Assembly: GCA_964187785.1 (NCBI GenBank)
Contig: OZ076409.1
Coordinates: 34,226,001 to 34,290,000 of the forward strand
Direction: 5' to 3'
Source: Amphiscolops sp. MND2022
Taxonomy: Eukaryota
DNA: 64,000 nt
Below the pieces are notes generated by a model. It did no database searches. It was not told where the DNA came from and was given only the letters and a program-made list of their open reading frames with translations. A program made the translations under genes and the position numbers. Shown here one piece after another: positions 37,092 through 51,088 of the stretch (the stretch's first letter is position 1; the number at the start of each line of letters is the position of its first letter).

Positions 37092-39182
37092 GTAAAATCT
37101 TTGACTGATCACTTACTTTGTTTAACTGTAGTACGAGTTAATATTCAGAACAAAAGGATTTTAGCCTAACGAAAGCGATAAGTAAAAAATCCAAAAGTGA
37201 TTTTAGTCGGAACGAGACTTCCGGTATAAAGTTTTCATGCGTGACCGTTCCGTTGCTTCCGGTTTCGTCAGCTGAAAATTCCATACAAATCTAAATAACA
37301 AATAAAAAACATTCTTAACTTTGGGACCTTTCTCTTTTCCACACTAAAATGAAAACATCAAAATGAAATTCAATTCCGAGGTCCCAACGGAATTCATACA
37401 ATCTAAAATGAAAGAACATACAAAGAGAATGGCGGAATTGTTTTCCAATGATAGAATAGTTGTGAATATCCACTTAAGAACGCAGTTAAGCAACTTGAGA
37501 GAATATCTACAACGTAATGACGGCGTCACTCAGCTTGATTGAAGAGTAGATGTTTCTATTTTTACGGACCAATAGCGTCGCCTTTCACCATTCCTAGTTA
37601 CCATAGCAACGCCAATTAAGCGAGAGAATAAGAATGAATTTGTTAATGCTGTCCGCTCTGTCTCCGCAAGCAAGCGTTGCTCAGTTATACCTAATCTTAA
37701 TACGTACGGAGTGCTTACGGAGCAAATTGTAATGCGAAGAAGCTATACCTAATCTTAATACGTACGGAGCGCTTACGGAGCAAATTGTAATGCGAAGAAG
37801 CTATACCTAATCTTAATACGTACGGAGCGCTTACGGAGCAAATTGTGAAATGACAAAGTTATGCCTAATGTTAATACATACAGAACGACTAAAGAGAAAT
37901 GCTGCAAGATCAAAATTGTTCTAATATATCAAGATATTCCTTATGCTATACGGAACCGTAAAGGAACTTCCAAAATATCATAACATTAAAATAATACCTT
38001 TCCGAATTGTTCCCGTTTAACACCTAATAAAATCGATCGTACTACAGGTTAAAACAAAGGAAATCATTGAAAGAAAGGTGCTTTCTTTCAGTTTGAAAAA
38101 GTTGTTTTGTACATTTGATATGTTATGTTCTTTGGGCTAAATGAGCCATTGTTCTGTATTAATCAAACCATTATGTTCCAATACATGTAAAATTAGTTCA
38201 GAAGCTTAAAATGATTCTGTGTTATCTTGTTTGCCATCTCAGCTCATGATCAGTATTTTCTAGCATCATTTGTTCTCTTCAAAATATTCCCAGCGCATTT
38301 ACCTAAAATCACTCCGAGATATTTCCGTAGTCAAGTTTGCTTGTCATTCTTTTACCGCGAACAAGATGATTTTCACTAGTCTCGTGATGAATCGTTGATC
38401 ACGCCTGCGTGCCTTTCGCGATGAAAATTCAACTAGGCTTCCATTTTGCCGCCTTTTCCGCGATCAAACCGGAAATGATGATAATGAACAAAAATGATTT
38501 CAACAAGCACTCCGTAAGGGAGCCGTGACTAGGAATTTCAAATCGTGAACAATTAATTAAAGGGTTGAAATAATAAGGATGATTAAGCAATTTTGATGAA
38601 CAAAACCGATTTTAAGGATTCCTAGGAATTTTTAGGTGAGGAACAAATGATGCTATGAAGGTATATATACCTGAGAAGATGTAAAATCTGTTAATCTGTT
38701 TTTTAATCTGCTACGTTAATACTTCGTTTCAAAACCATATTTTCTTTGAAGAATTCGAGTTTTCCAAAGAATAACCTCTCTTTCTCTCTCTCTCTCAAAA
38801 ATGACTACCAGAAGCCAGAAGAGAAAAGCTGCTGAGGAATTAGTTTCTACTGAAATTGAGACTCCATTACCTGAAACTAGCCAAAATTCAAATCCCGTAG
38901 CGGGAACGAGTAAATCTCCTAGAGTACTCACTGAAAACCTAGAGGAAATCAAATCATCATTGAGGAAAGAGATCATGTCTGATCTTACTAAAATCTTAGC
39001 CGAAAACCAGAAGGAGATGCTAAAACTAATAGCTCCTACTGTTAAAAAGCAAACCATCATAACAGCCGCTGAGGAAACAGATTCTGAATCCGAAAACATT
39101 CCGGAAAATGCAACTTCAACACCAATCAAAAACAAAATCACTGCGACTACCCGTAAAATTACACCGGTAAATAGTCGTAACA
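36997..39182 (+). repeat. 3' LTR of element 2 (2186 bp)
   Basis: Direct repeat of 23343-25529, followed by TSD AGCAT; carries an intact copy of the gag N-terminus from 38801. Confidence 0.96.
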
Positions 39183-40159
39183 AGCATCACGCCAATTTTA
39201 TAAGGAATCGTAATCCTAAGATTTTGGCATGGATCGTGTCGCGATCGTACTACGACTTACATTGAGGTACTCAACCCTCAGAAGTAGGATAAAATCCTAA
39301 ACACCACTAGCACAGAGTATAACATTTCCTCAAGTAAAAGGTTTTCATTCCAAAGGTAACTCTGTAAATCGTATAAAACAAAAGTTTTTTCTTCTGATGT
39401 TTCATCCACGTTTTTGAATCGAATATATATTGAAACAGCTTCGAAAAAATCTTTCAAATGCTAGTTTTTATGATTAAGAAGCAATGACAGAACGGTGTAA
39501 AGTTGAGAAGCTGAAGAATGACAACAGACGGAACTGATTAATCAAAATGACATGACATCTCAAGCAACACTTTGGCCATTTTCGTCTTCGAAATGAGCAA
39601 CTTGGACAATCGACTATCGTACATGCTGGAACCGATGTTTGAGATAGAGAAACACAATGCAAATCGCTGGAGGAACTATCGTTGCCTGGCAGCTCAAGCA
39701 CCATCAGAAAACACCTTCTGTGCTTCAAAAATGCGTACTAATTACTGAGCCAGAGATGATCTACTGCAGCTAAACCTTTACATGAAACACAATGTTTCCA
39801 GACAAATCGAGTTTTTTGCCAATAAACCCAAGATATTTTCTCCTCCTTTTCGACAAATATTTCCTATTAGACTGAAGGCTGCTTGAAATTTACCAGTGAA
39901 TTTCGAGTAATGCTGATCGATACTAGAGCTTTCAATCACTGAGCACGAAAAACCCAAAGGGATACGCATAAGACTGGAAAATTGCTTTTTCGTATTTGGA
40001 AACAAAAGAAAACAGTTTTTCGAAAACATTATTTTCCAAAAATTATTTTCTTTGGAAAAAAGCTTCATAGTGCCAAAAAATGAACTTTATCTGAGTAAAT
40101 GGTTTTTTCAAGCCGAAAACACTTATGGAATCGAAGAGGCTACACTTTCAATAAACAGT

Positions 40160-40470
40160 ATTCATTCGGCCTGTACAGGGGCGGTATCAGGTTCGAATCT
40201 CTCTCAACTCACCATTGTTGGTCCTTAAGTAAGTCCTTCATCCCTAGCTTAGCGGTATGGTCAGTGACACAAAATAACGCATGCGGCGGAGAAAAGCAAA
40301 ACAAAAAAGAGCAACGGTGAGCGGTCAGACCTTTGTGACCTTGAGCAAGTCACTTTGAAACCACAGCTTCAAGCCCACCACTGCTTGATCACTTGGCTAA
40401 TACCATAGCTTGCTATGGGGAGATAGTATCCGAAAGGGTGCCGACTTAGAAAAGCAGAACTGCTTATTCG
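40160..40470 (+). mobile_element. SINE family B copy (5'-eroded)
   Basis: B box GGTTCGAATC; shares GTCAGACCTTTGTGACCTTGA and CCGAAAGGGTGCCGACT...AAAAGCAGAACTGC with 18990-20350. Confidence 0.75.
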
Positions 40471-41804
40471 GCGTCCACCCCGCTGTAATGGGGAAATTAA
40501 CTTCTCTTCTCTTTCTCTTTCTCTCAGTTTTTTGAAAGTCGCACTATGCCAAAAAACACCGTAAGTGTTTTCCACAATTATTGAGAAAACTCTCATAAGT
40601 TCCACAGGAACAAAACTAATGTGGTCACCCTTACGACTCGGAACAGGGTTTTCTCAACAAGAAAGCTCGAAAAACAAATGCTTGCAAACTCTTTTCCACA
40701 AAAATTTTAAATGAATCTTTTATAAGTCGCGTTGTGCCAAAAAAAATTCCGGGGAGACACGTTAGTCTTCCCTCAACTTTTCCAAACAGAAAAGTGTGGT
40801 TTAGTTTAAGACTCGAATCCACGGACACCTGCTTATCAGGCTTCGTCTCACACCTTCTCAGAAATCCGATCTAGCCTCTATGGCAAGTTGCGGTTACTAG
40901 GCTTCTATGGCAATCAAAGACATAATGCGCATTTTTTCGAACATCCAGCTCCTCTTTGGTAAAACGCAAAAAAAGCAGGCGGAAGCAGGGACCGCTGGTT
41001 TCTCATTAAACCGAAAAACCTCTACAAAAAATGGCACATACAGAGTGAATTCAGTGGTCTGACAAAAAACTAGCTTTCAATGACGGGCACTTTTTGTCAA
41101 TTGTGACGACTAAACACAACCTTTACAAACAATCAAACCGTTGTTTTTACACAGTGTGGCCTTCAAACTCCAGTTTCTCGGCCCCATTTGAACAGTAGAA
41201 CACTGAAAACAGGCTTCATGTTGACATTACGTAGAGGAGCATGTTATTAATGAAACGAGCAGCTCTCGGTTGTTTGATACTCTCAAATGGCCAAAAACCA
41301 CAAAGGACCGTTTTTACAACTAGTTTACAATGTTCAAACAGAAAACGGGGACATCCAGAACCCGGGAAAGTTTTTTTCGACCAACCGTAACCTGAATGTT
41401 CTACCCAAGAATCAAACTGCTACCCAAAATAGGTTTCAAAAACTTGTTCTTCGAAGAGAAAATTTCAACTACTTATATCGAATGCTGCGAAGAAAACGAA
41501 AAGTAGTTTTCAAGCAACATTCATAAGATGCACCAAAAAGCAAAAATGCATATAAAATCTGTCACTTCGTCAGTCTTAAAAAAGCCAGTTCTGTAGTCTG
41601 CGTTTTCTACGAAAAGCGCCAAATACAATTTGTTGTCATGCAAGAAATGTTGAAAATAATGAAAGGTTGTTATTAGTGTTCGAGATTAATTTTAAAGTTT
41701 TGCAGTTATGTTCCATCTTTACCTACCAGGTTGAACATTCAATGACAAGCTTGGACTCATAAGTGCTCTGAGTTGCCCTCAATTTCTTGGCAGTTGGGAT
41801 TAGA

Positions 41805-44800
41805 AGTGGTTCACACATAGCGAACAGGAAGTGAATTTTTATGTACCTATGAGATTCGACATACGTTGCCTATAATAACAGCGTTGCCTAATACTATATA
41901 GTGTACACTTATACATCAAATCATTTTGATCTATGTGCACATTTTACATTTAAAACTTAACATACAACCTTCACTCACATCCAAGCAGTGTGCGATTGAA
42001 AAGCCTCATGTTCTGTTAAAACATAATTACAGCTGTGTTGCAGTAATAAACAATGTTTGTTTTTACTTTTGTTCAGTCATAAACAACTAACTTATGCAGC
42101 ACCCTTCTTCCTTATTTCAGCTGCTTCTTCATTGAAATCTTTTTATTAGGCGGTCCAAAGTTGATATTTTATCAGCCTTTTGAAGCTGCTCCCCTATTAA
42201 AATCTCAGGGCTGATTTCAATTCTTTAGCAGCCGAATCGAGGTCGTCCTGCGACTACAGAACGATTATTGACAAAAACTTTAGCAGAACCATAACGTCAA
42301 CAACCGATCTAAATGTAAGTTGAGTTTGTTAACCATAACGTGTTTTTCACAATTTTGTTCAATAAAGAAAAGATATCACTTTCTTATAAAATTGTTCTTT
42401 TTACACGTATCCACTACCTCATTAGTCACATTGAAGACATAGAAAACTCAATAACTTCAACAGTCGCTCCGCGCCTCAACAGTTGAAACAAATCGAAACC
42501 TATCAGAAAGCGGTTCTTCAAATGCTGACACAAGTGGAATATTTTTAAGGAGAAGTTTTTAGGTTTTATATAACTAAAGTAATTTAGAATCACCATCAAA
42601 ACAGTGTCAGCCTTAGATCCTATCCAAAATCTTTTTTTCTGAAATGTGCCATTTTTTGTTCGACAGTGTTGCTCAAAAAACTTCCAATCCGGACATGGTC
42701 CGTGCCTAGTTTTCCTTTCCAATGCTGTGTCTTGCCGCTTCGGCGTGATTCAGACTTTAACGTGGCTCATATAACCCAAGCCCCTTAACTTTTAGGAGCT
42801 TACGCGGCAAGTGCTTGTCATAAAACATACAAGAGCTTTTTGTAATCTTTTCGTAAAATGAAGTTTTGCTTTTTTGATAATTTGTAATGTAAAAACCGAA
42901 AGACTTCTTCGTCCAAATCTCCTGTGCTCATAATACACATTCTCGTGATTTCCAGCGAAACACGTGGAAGACTGCTGCTCCCAGCCTGTTTTTCAAGTTT
43001 TTTGCTTTTGATTCTTTGTTTCGCGCTTCTTTCATTCGCTTTAGTTGTTCGTTTGAAGTTATAAAAATCAGCAAAGTATATACAACATGTAAAGCTCTCA
43101 AAACTCAAAGATCGGTCTTTACGTCTCTGTAAAAGCGGCTTGATGTACTCCTTCACCACACATTGAAACATTTGCTCAAAAAATCTGTATGGTTGTGTTG
43201 ATAGTAACGCGAATGTGAAAGCTTCCGGTGCGTACTTCTTCCCTCAAGTAGCCATTAGTTGGGTTCCTTATGTTTTTAGCAGTACACGTAACGAACCATT
43301 AGAAATTGATTTACCCCGACTGCTAAGCACCTAATCTCCAAATCCGTCCGCAACGAGTGGATCGCATGTGAAACATTCAAGGTTTAACGGCGATTTTAAA
43401 GATTCAAAAAACGAGCACCAAACAACGCAACCTTACAACGGCACCTCTGTGACCAGAGCTACTACAACCTCAGGTAATTGTGGTGATGCAAGTAGTTCTC
43501 AAACCCTAACAAGAAGCCCTACTGCGGCTTCTACAACTGCCCGCACTTGTACGACCCCAACAGCTTCCCCCTATTTACTGTCTCTGGCAGTAGGCAAATC
43601 GCAACTAGTGTTCCCTACATAGCCCCTCTTCCGTCATGCCTGATGCCAAAACCTCTTTCACAGGGAAATGTGATTTCGAAGATAACCCGCAACAATTTAA
43701 TACAGCACCACTTCTCTCAGGATTGTATTCAAACGCACACGATAACAGACCACAATATTTCGCCTTGAGATTGAGAGAAAATGTTTATCATTTCTACACT
43801 ACGTTGTCGCTATCACAACAAACCATATTCGATGGTCTCGATGGTTTCAACTAATGGTGATATTCTGAAAACAATGTTGGAAGCATCAACCGAACCAATA
43901 AATTTCGTCTTTCCTTTGTGACGTTCGGACGCAGGCGGATCGACCATATCGGTATCATCCAGCTATGATCGATCCGGTAGTTCTCAAATTCTTCATCGAA
44001 GGATTGAGCAACAAAACTCGTCAATGGAAGCTCGAAAAAGCCACGTTAGTTGCAGCGGATGATGGTTTGTGCTTGGCCATTGAATGAAACGAATACTTTC
44101 ATGGGGTATGAAAACGGAAACCTCCAAGCTCTCAACAGTCAATTGGGTTAATATGTCCAAATCGGAGCCAATAGTTTTGAAAACAATAACTAATTTTGTT
44201 CGATCTTTGACCAAGCAACGACTCTCATCGACGAGGAGACAAAAACTCATGAAACCGAAATGATCACTCGCGATTGCAGATCAAAGATTCAAATTGGAGT
44301 AGTCAGCCAGTACGGTTTCATTCGCTACAGGGACGCGAAAGGCAAAAATATTGCAGGCAGTTTGGAAAAAACGTGAAAAGAACAATATCGCCCAGATTCA
44401 CAGTTTCCCAAGGAACGTGGTAACAAAAACAACACGCAGGACAATGGGGGAAGACATAGGAACGCTGCAGTCCAAAACAGACATGGCATGCAGACAAGAC
44501 CAAAAATCGAGGCCCACAAATTGAGACTTTTGACTTACTTGTGTCTTGACTGAGTTCTGAGGCATTTGCCAAAATGACGAATCTGAGGAAAGTAGAGCTG
44601 AAACCGTCTAACACGAAACTAGTTGCAGCCAAAAAACAACCCATACTAAAAGCTGCCCTCGTGCAAATATCCTTGAGAATCAGACCGAGACAGTACATAC
44701 ACTCGTTTCATGTTTTGGAGCAAGCAGAAGCCGGATATCTACTCAGATTAGATTTCAGTAATGCCTCAGAATTGTTATACGTTGTTTTCCTAGAATATAC

Positions 44801-47800
44801 TGCGTCTAGATAAAAAACCAACAGTCCCATAGTTTCATCGTAAGCTCACAGATGCTACGACAACTGTGTTCACAGCGGTGTTGTCGAAAACAATTAGTTT
44901 TGGCACCTCAAAGATATACAATGATATTGCCTGCCTGCGCACATCAATGACTGGAAATGCCCCTTGAATGATGGTATAGCATTCTTCGAGCCGCAAGAAC
45001 GGTTCAATGGCTCCAAACATGCAATTGCCCCAAATATTTTGTTCGACTTTGCTGCGGAAAACATCCCTGTAACTATCAAATAATCTGAAGGAGCCACTGA
45101 TATTGTGTGAGAAAATGATTTTAGATAGATCAAAGGTAGTCGTTAGTTTGTCCATACGAAATGTAATTATCGGAACGCAAAGTTTGAAACATGACCTCAA
45201 AAGAAGAGACATCTGGCTTGAAAAACTTATTGCATGGAGTTAGTCCGGAAATTCCATTCAAAGTGAAACAAAGATTCGCAGACATTGTTCATGAATGGGA
45301 GGATATGTTGTCGCAAAACCAATGAGACATTGGCCGTTGTAAAGTTACGACGCACAAATGAAACCTGTACCAAGAATCGATGCCAGTTGAATGAAATTCC
45401 GAATTGACGAATGCCTCTCCACTATAAAGAGGACTTCCAAGAGAATTTGAACGCGTTTCAAGACAACAAATCGAAATCTTTTTTTTCATATCTCCTTCAG
45501 TAAAAATTGCCTTTTTACCATAGATAGGAGTTGGGAATTCTATACTTTGCCCTTATACGAAATTAGTCTGGAGTATACTGCTTTCAGCACACCCGTTGGC
45601 TCTACTAAAAAGCTAGTAATGCCAATCAGCCTCCCGAGTTGGCCAACGACGTTCCAAAATCTGCTCGAAATTGTTTGGCGAAACCTTTCTGACAAACAAA
45701 TGTACCATACCTTGATGATTGTGTCATCTTCGCTGCTTCGCCTGAGGAACATTTAGAATGAGTGATAAAAGATTTGAGCAGAAACTTGAAACTAAACTTT
45801 CTCCCCTCAAGTGCGAACTCTTCTATACCAAATTCTATTTTGTCAAACGTGTCATCAGCGAGGAAGGACTTCAAGTTGACCCCCGCAAAAGTTGCAGCTG
45901 TTGAAAAGTTTCAAGCACGATTTATCACAACCCGAATCTAAGCTTTTCTCACAGTGGAAGATCCTTTCATCATGTTCACGGATAGCAGCCAGCTCGCCAT
46001 GGGAGCCGTATTACCCTAGGCTAAAAATGGTCAGAAACTGCAATTTGCTACGCATCAAAAGAGTTCTCTAAATCACAAGCAAAGATCTTAGCAACGAAAG
46101 GCGAACTTGTGGCGAAAGCCCATTTCACTCGGTACTTCCGATTTTACCAACTCAGTAGAATCTTCAAAACTGTTACAGACTACAGTGCCTTTTGCTAGTT
46201 ACATAATTTCAAGAACCGCGACAGGTCATTGCACGTTGGAATAAAAAGCTGGCGACCTTCGACTACGAAGTGCAACAGAGACCAGGCAAATCTACTGGAC
46301 ACGCCGATAGTCTGTCTGATCATGATACCTTATGAGCATGTCCAAATGACACGAGAACGCCCGATGGAACTCTCAGGCGCAACACAGACGACGGATTGCC
46401 ACAAGGACGAGTAATGCCCCAATGCACAACCTAAACAATTTTACCATTTTGGCTATAGATACAGCAACAAAACCACTCCAAGCTATCAATATTACTCAGC
46501 GGAAAAACAAAGCCGGCGAGCTTCTCGAAAAAAAAGCAGCCACGAAAACGTATCTGAAAGGAGTATTAGCCATCACAGAAAACATATTATCAAGTATCGC
46601 GAAGTTCCCATCGCGGCATCCTGGGGACATCAAACCAAACTGTGCCCCCTAGTGTACAACCACTTTCTGGTGACCGCTGTTACCTATATCACGATCTGAC
46701 TAGAGGACGTTCATACCAAAGGCCAACATAATCTTCACTTCGAGTGTTTCTGGAGCACATGCGTAGTCACGCTCAACTGAACCATGTCTTGAAAATTAGT
46801 ATGCCTCAAAAAGACTGTGGAGTTGACAAACTTGACGGGAATTTGAATCGCAAGCTCCTCAGAGATGTCTTTGAAGGATCGAGAGTCTGCGTAAATGTTT
46901 GATTGCCACCACTAATGCCCGTCCTCGAAACCCACTTCTGGTATCCTGGAGACCCACAGGGACCAGTGGATACGGATCTTGATGTCCGCAAGGCTCAAGA
47001 TGAAGAAAGGGTCTTAGCGAACGTGGAAGACTGGGTCTGTGGTTGCAGCGTGCAGAGCAAAAACTAGTTCAGAATTGTGGAAACTGTACAGTCAGTTGCA
47101 GATTTTTCATTTGGCGGACAAAGTCCTTTTGAGACGGTATGAACAACTTAGAGGCGGGCTTCCCTTCTTACAGCAAAATGTCTTTTTCGCCTTGGTAGAT
47201 CACATCTTAAAAAACGGGCATTTTGCAGCTACTGGTGGACAATTAGGCGTCGCCAGGGTGATGGAGATAAAACATCAGCTTTTTGGATGGCCCTATTTTT
47301 ACGGGATTCAAGTAGGATATCAAGCTTTTCATTCAACTGTGTTCCGACTGTGAGCAACAGTCGGACCTCCAAAACCCATCTTCATTCTGTTGTAGAGTAG
47401 AAGTCTAGTTATCTCGTTCACCACATTGGAATCTCTTTCGTGCGCCCATTTCATGTCTCCATTGGAAACAAGGATAATGATGCTGATTGAAATCGTTTTA
47501 AAAAGCGTTGTGAGGAATTACTTTTGCCTGATCAGCAACCAACAAGCACGACTACTGTTCTTACCGAACATTGGATCTGCCAATTTGTTTGTCCTTACAG
47601 TATACACAGAGTAATCACGAACATTATTTCCTGTCTAAGTTGTAAAAGACCCTAATGACAATACTTCACATTGGAAAAACAAGAACAACTGCACTGTAGG
47701 ACCACTGTTTAATGCAATGATCGAACGATTGAATCGAAAAAAATAGCTGGTCCCAACAGTAAGCATACGTGATGATGACCTTTCGATCGTCGATAAATGA

Positions 47801-50800
47801 ATCAACTGGCTATTCCCCTCAGTATCTGGATCATGGACGGCAGATTTCCTTGCCTATCGTTTGGATCCATCCTCTACTTTGTAACGAAGAACGAATGTCT
47901 CACATGATTTTCAGCAGAGTCAAAAATTGGCCTTCCAGCGCGCTTTTGAACAGGTTCGTGTAAACATTAACAAAAACCACAAGCGTCTCAACGCAAAGAA
48001 GAACAATGCAAAACTTGATAGTCCTGAATTTGAACATGGAGAGAAAGTCTTGTTGTTTTAATACCCCAATGATCTCTGTTTGCCAAACAATTTTCGGGAT
48101 GGTCCATATTTGATACTGGTCTGATTCATTGTCGCATACAAAATAAAAGGTGTGTCTACGTCCAAAAATTTTATTGTTCATTACAATAGATCCAAGCCTT
48201 TTCACGAACGTTTTACAAAAAGTCGAACGTTCCTTCAAGAAATACCATCCGTTGTCGATCTAAGACACCAGTCCGTTCCAACGTTCCCGCACGGAATGAT
48301 GATCTGAGTTCAACAAAACTTGGAACCTCGCGAAAATGCTGTATTCATTTCCAGCAACAACTGGTGTAGCCTCTCAACATCCACAGTTCTCCTAATCAAA
48401 ACCATCAGACCCCTCTAACGCCGCCATCAACAAGCCACAGTGCTCAGTCGCCGACCTGACCTCCATATCCCGCTTTAACCTCCGGTAACCAGCATTCTCA
48501 AAATTCCCATTCTCCTGTATTCCAGATTAGGGTATCTTCCGCTAATACGATGGCTTACAGCCCTCGCCATGGACATGATCCAAAGCTTCGCTAACTCCAG
48601 TCAAATGAACATTGGAACCTCTACAAGGCTGCTGCGCAGTTGCGGATTACAAGAGTTCCGTACAATCTCCGCGAAGGCACACGATTACAACTTTGGGGCA
48701 ACCTCTGTGTAATGCCTCAGTTCCTTCTGAAGTGACTAATTTCAACTTACCGCAGCAGGCCAAGAAACCACTTTCCAACAAACGCGTCGAACCTATTTAA
48801 AAAAACGAGAAGCGTTTATCAGGTGGGGTAATCTTCTAATTCTGGCTTCGACCCTTATATATTTTCTTAAGAAGGATCTTGTGTTTTTCAGGATTTTCAC
48901 TTTCCGAAATTCCAACGACTCTGGCTGCTGTCTTTTTTGTCATCAGTCTGTATAGATTGATGCCGATGCGAGGATTAGAACGCAACTCAACAGAAACCAG
49001 GAAAAGCCTGTTCTAATGAAGGGTGTTGCGTTTTATTCAAAGATCAAGATGTCACGTCAGAGAGCGAATGCAAAGTTCGTGAGCCCTTTCCCCCACTTTT
49101 CCCAGGATGCCTCAAATTAACAACAGTAAGCGCAGTACTTTTACCCGAAGTTCCTCGGGCTTTCTAATTGGTGTATGGGATGTACTGCGTCAAATTGTAA
49201 AGTATTGTATTCAACCGTCAAAATCGGAAACTTTAGCCTAATTGACGACGTTTCCATCTCTACAATCACATGCCAGGGTATGTAACACGCCCTAGCTGTT
49301 GGAGTACTCTTTCTTTGAACGAGAGTGAACTTCACCCTGACAATATGTTTGTGAGACTCGTCCGGAGCGCTTTTTGGCATTGGTTGAGTTGACACCGTCC
49401 GAAATAAGTCTTCGGGCATGTACTACCCATTGGTAGCGCCGAATTTCAGGCTATTCTACTAATGAAGCGCGTCAATCGGGCCGGGCTGTCTTTAAAACCA
49501 ACTAGCCGAACTTACGCCGGAGTATGATATTCAAGTGATTCTCTATTCTGTATTTGCCGGACGGGGAATTCAGCGCATTGATTTTGCTGGCTCGCGAAAC
49601 AATTCGTAACGGTGAACCGAAACCTTCAAAATACTTAGCATCAAACGCTCCCACTGTTCCACTACATGTTTATCCTCATAATAGTGCGCCTACTCATGAG
49701 TCTATAAAAACATGAACGGATTGATTTCACACATTTGTCTCACTGTCTTTTTTAATTTATTTATCAACCACTTAAGTTGTCACCCTTTCAAATGGTTGTG
49801 TTACAGGAGATCGTTTCCTTCAACTGTTGCCTCGTCCGATCTGTTGCAGAGGTCTGGCGTCCAGGCCTACCAAGAGGTACTCTGAGAGTAGAACTGGACT
49901 GCCCTCACCCAGCGGCAATTTGTGACTGCTCCGCAGTTGCCCCAAAACCTATCGTCGACACCTTTGATGTAGCATGGATGCCTCCGGCGATGCCGACGAA
50001 AGTATAGAACTCCTCATCTTGGAGGTTTCCCAGTCGGCAAGCTCCACAGGGGCTTTGAAGAAGCACGTGGCGCATCAATAAAGCCGCAGACAAACTGATA
50101 CATCAGCTGTCAAACTATACGTTGGCCCTCGACTGCATTGATGATAATATATGTTTCGATGTGGGTTCAGCACTAACCTCTGTTACTATCAGACTCATGG
50201 TCGCCACCATCTGCGACTCACTCGTTCACCTTAATACGAATATTTCAAGTCCCGCCACAGTGGCCAGTTAATACCGTTTTTTAAAAACCAATAGATATAT
50301 ACTTACAGATCTGAAGACTAACAAGGTATATAAGTGTTGCGCGACGCCAAAATCTGTCGCACCCGCCGTATTTTGCGAACGTGCATCGATTGGGACTCCT
50401 ACATCTCTGATTGATTAGAGTGTTTTGGCTTGCGAGGTCGCAACCTCACACAGGGGAGGGTAGTGTAGCACACATAGCAAACGGGAAGTGACATTTTTAT
50501 ACATGTGAGATTCATTTTTCGTTATATTAACTAACATCCAGGCAGTGTGCAATTGAAGAGCCTCGTGTTCATTCAAGTCAAAAATACAAGTGGTGGTAGT
50601 AAAGTAAACTTTTTGTTATCATCTTTGTTCTCCGAGTTTCAACTTCAGCCGCCCCACTTTGCTGGTTCCAGCTGCTCCTTCATTAAAATCTCCTTGTTAC
50701 CAGTGCAGATTTTATAATTTTTTCGGCCGAATCAATGTTCTTCACCTGCAGAATTGTTAATAAAAACTAAATTTTAGCAATGCTTGAACTTGAACACCCA

Positions 50801-50900
50801 ATCTATATGTCTATATGTAAGTTGCAGGAAAATCATCATCTGTATTGCGTTTTTTTACTAATTCTGCCTAAATTCCACTTTTATTACTCCACTTGCTCAG
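41805..50900 (+). mobile_element. Old, heavily decayed Ty3/Gypsy element 3 with diverged LTRs (~41805-42420 and 50464-~50900)
   Basis: Shared LTR blocks CACACATAGC.AAC.GGAAGTGA and CATCCA.GCAGTGTGC.ATTGAA.AGCCTC; PPT AGGGGAGGG before TG at 50464; remnants of gag (DNRPQYFALRLR), RT (TAFSTP, YLDD), RH (FTDSSQLAMGAVL) and IN (STGYSP). Confidence 0.8.
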
Positions 50901-50954
50901 TCTCCCTACTCAGCCTTCATACTGAGAGTATCCCTACTCAGCCTTCATACTGGC

Positions 50955-51088
50955 AATAATATCTAAAATAAAAAAGGAATAAGATCTAAAGGGAATAAGA
51001 TCTAAAATTTCAGGACGGGAATAAGATCTAAAGTGAATAAGATCTAAAATCACTAAATTTTAGATCTTATTATTTAGATCATATTCCC
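50955..51088. repeat. Cluster of GAATAAGATCTAAA motifs (4 exact plus 1 variant forward, 2 imperfect inverted); MITE-like remnant
   Basis: Forward copies at 50977, 50993, 51019, 51035; inverted copies at ~51059 and ~51073. Confidence 0.7.

Larger units (their letters stand above)
23343..39182 (+). mobile_element. Full-length Ty3/Gypsy LTR retrotransposon 2 (15.84 kb) with two accessory genes
   Basis: Two ~2.19-kb near-identical LTRs, 5-bp TSD AGCAT (23338-23342 and 39183-39187), gag-PR-RT-RH-IN order. Confidence 0.97.

Noticed and set aside
50955..51088. CRISPR-like or iteron array
   Set aside because: 14-bp motif with irregular short gaps and mixed orientation
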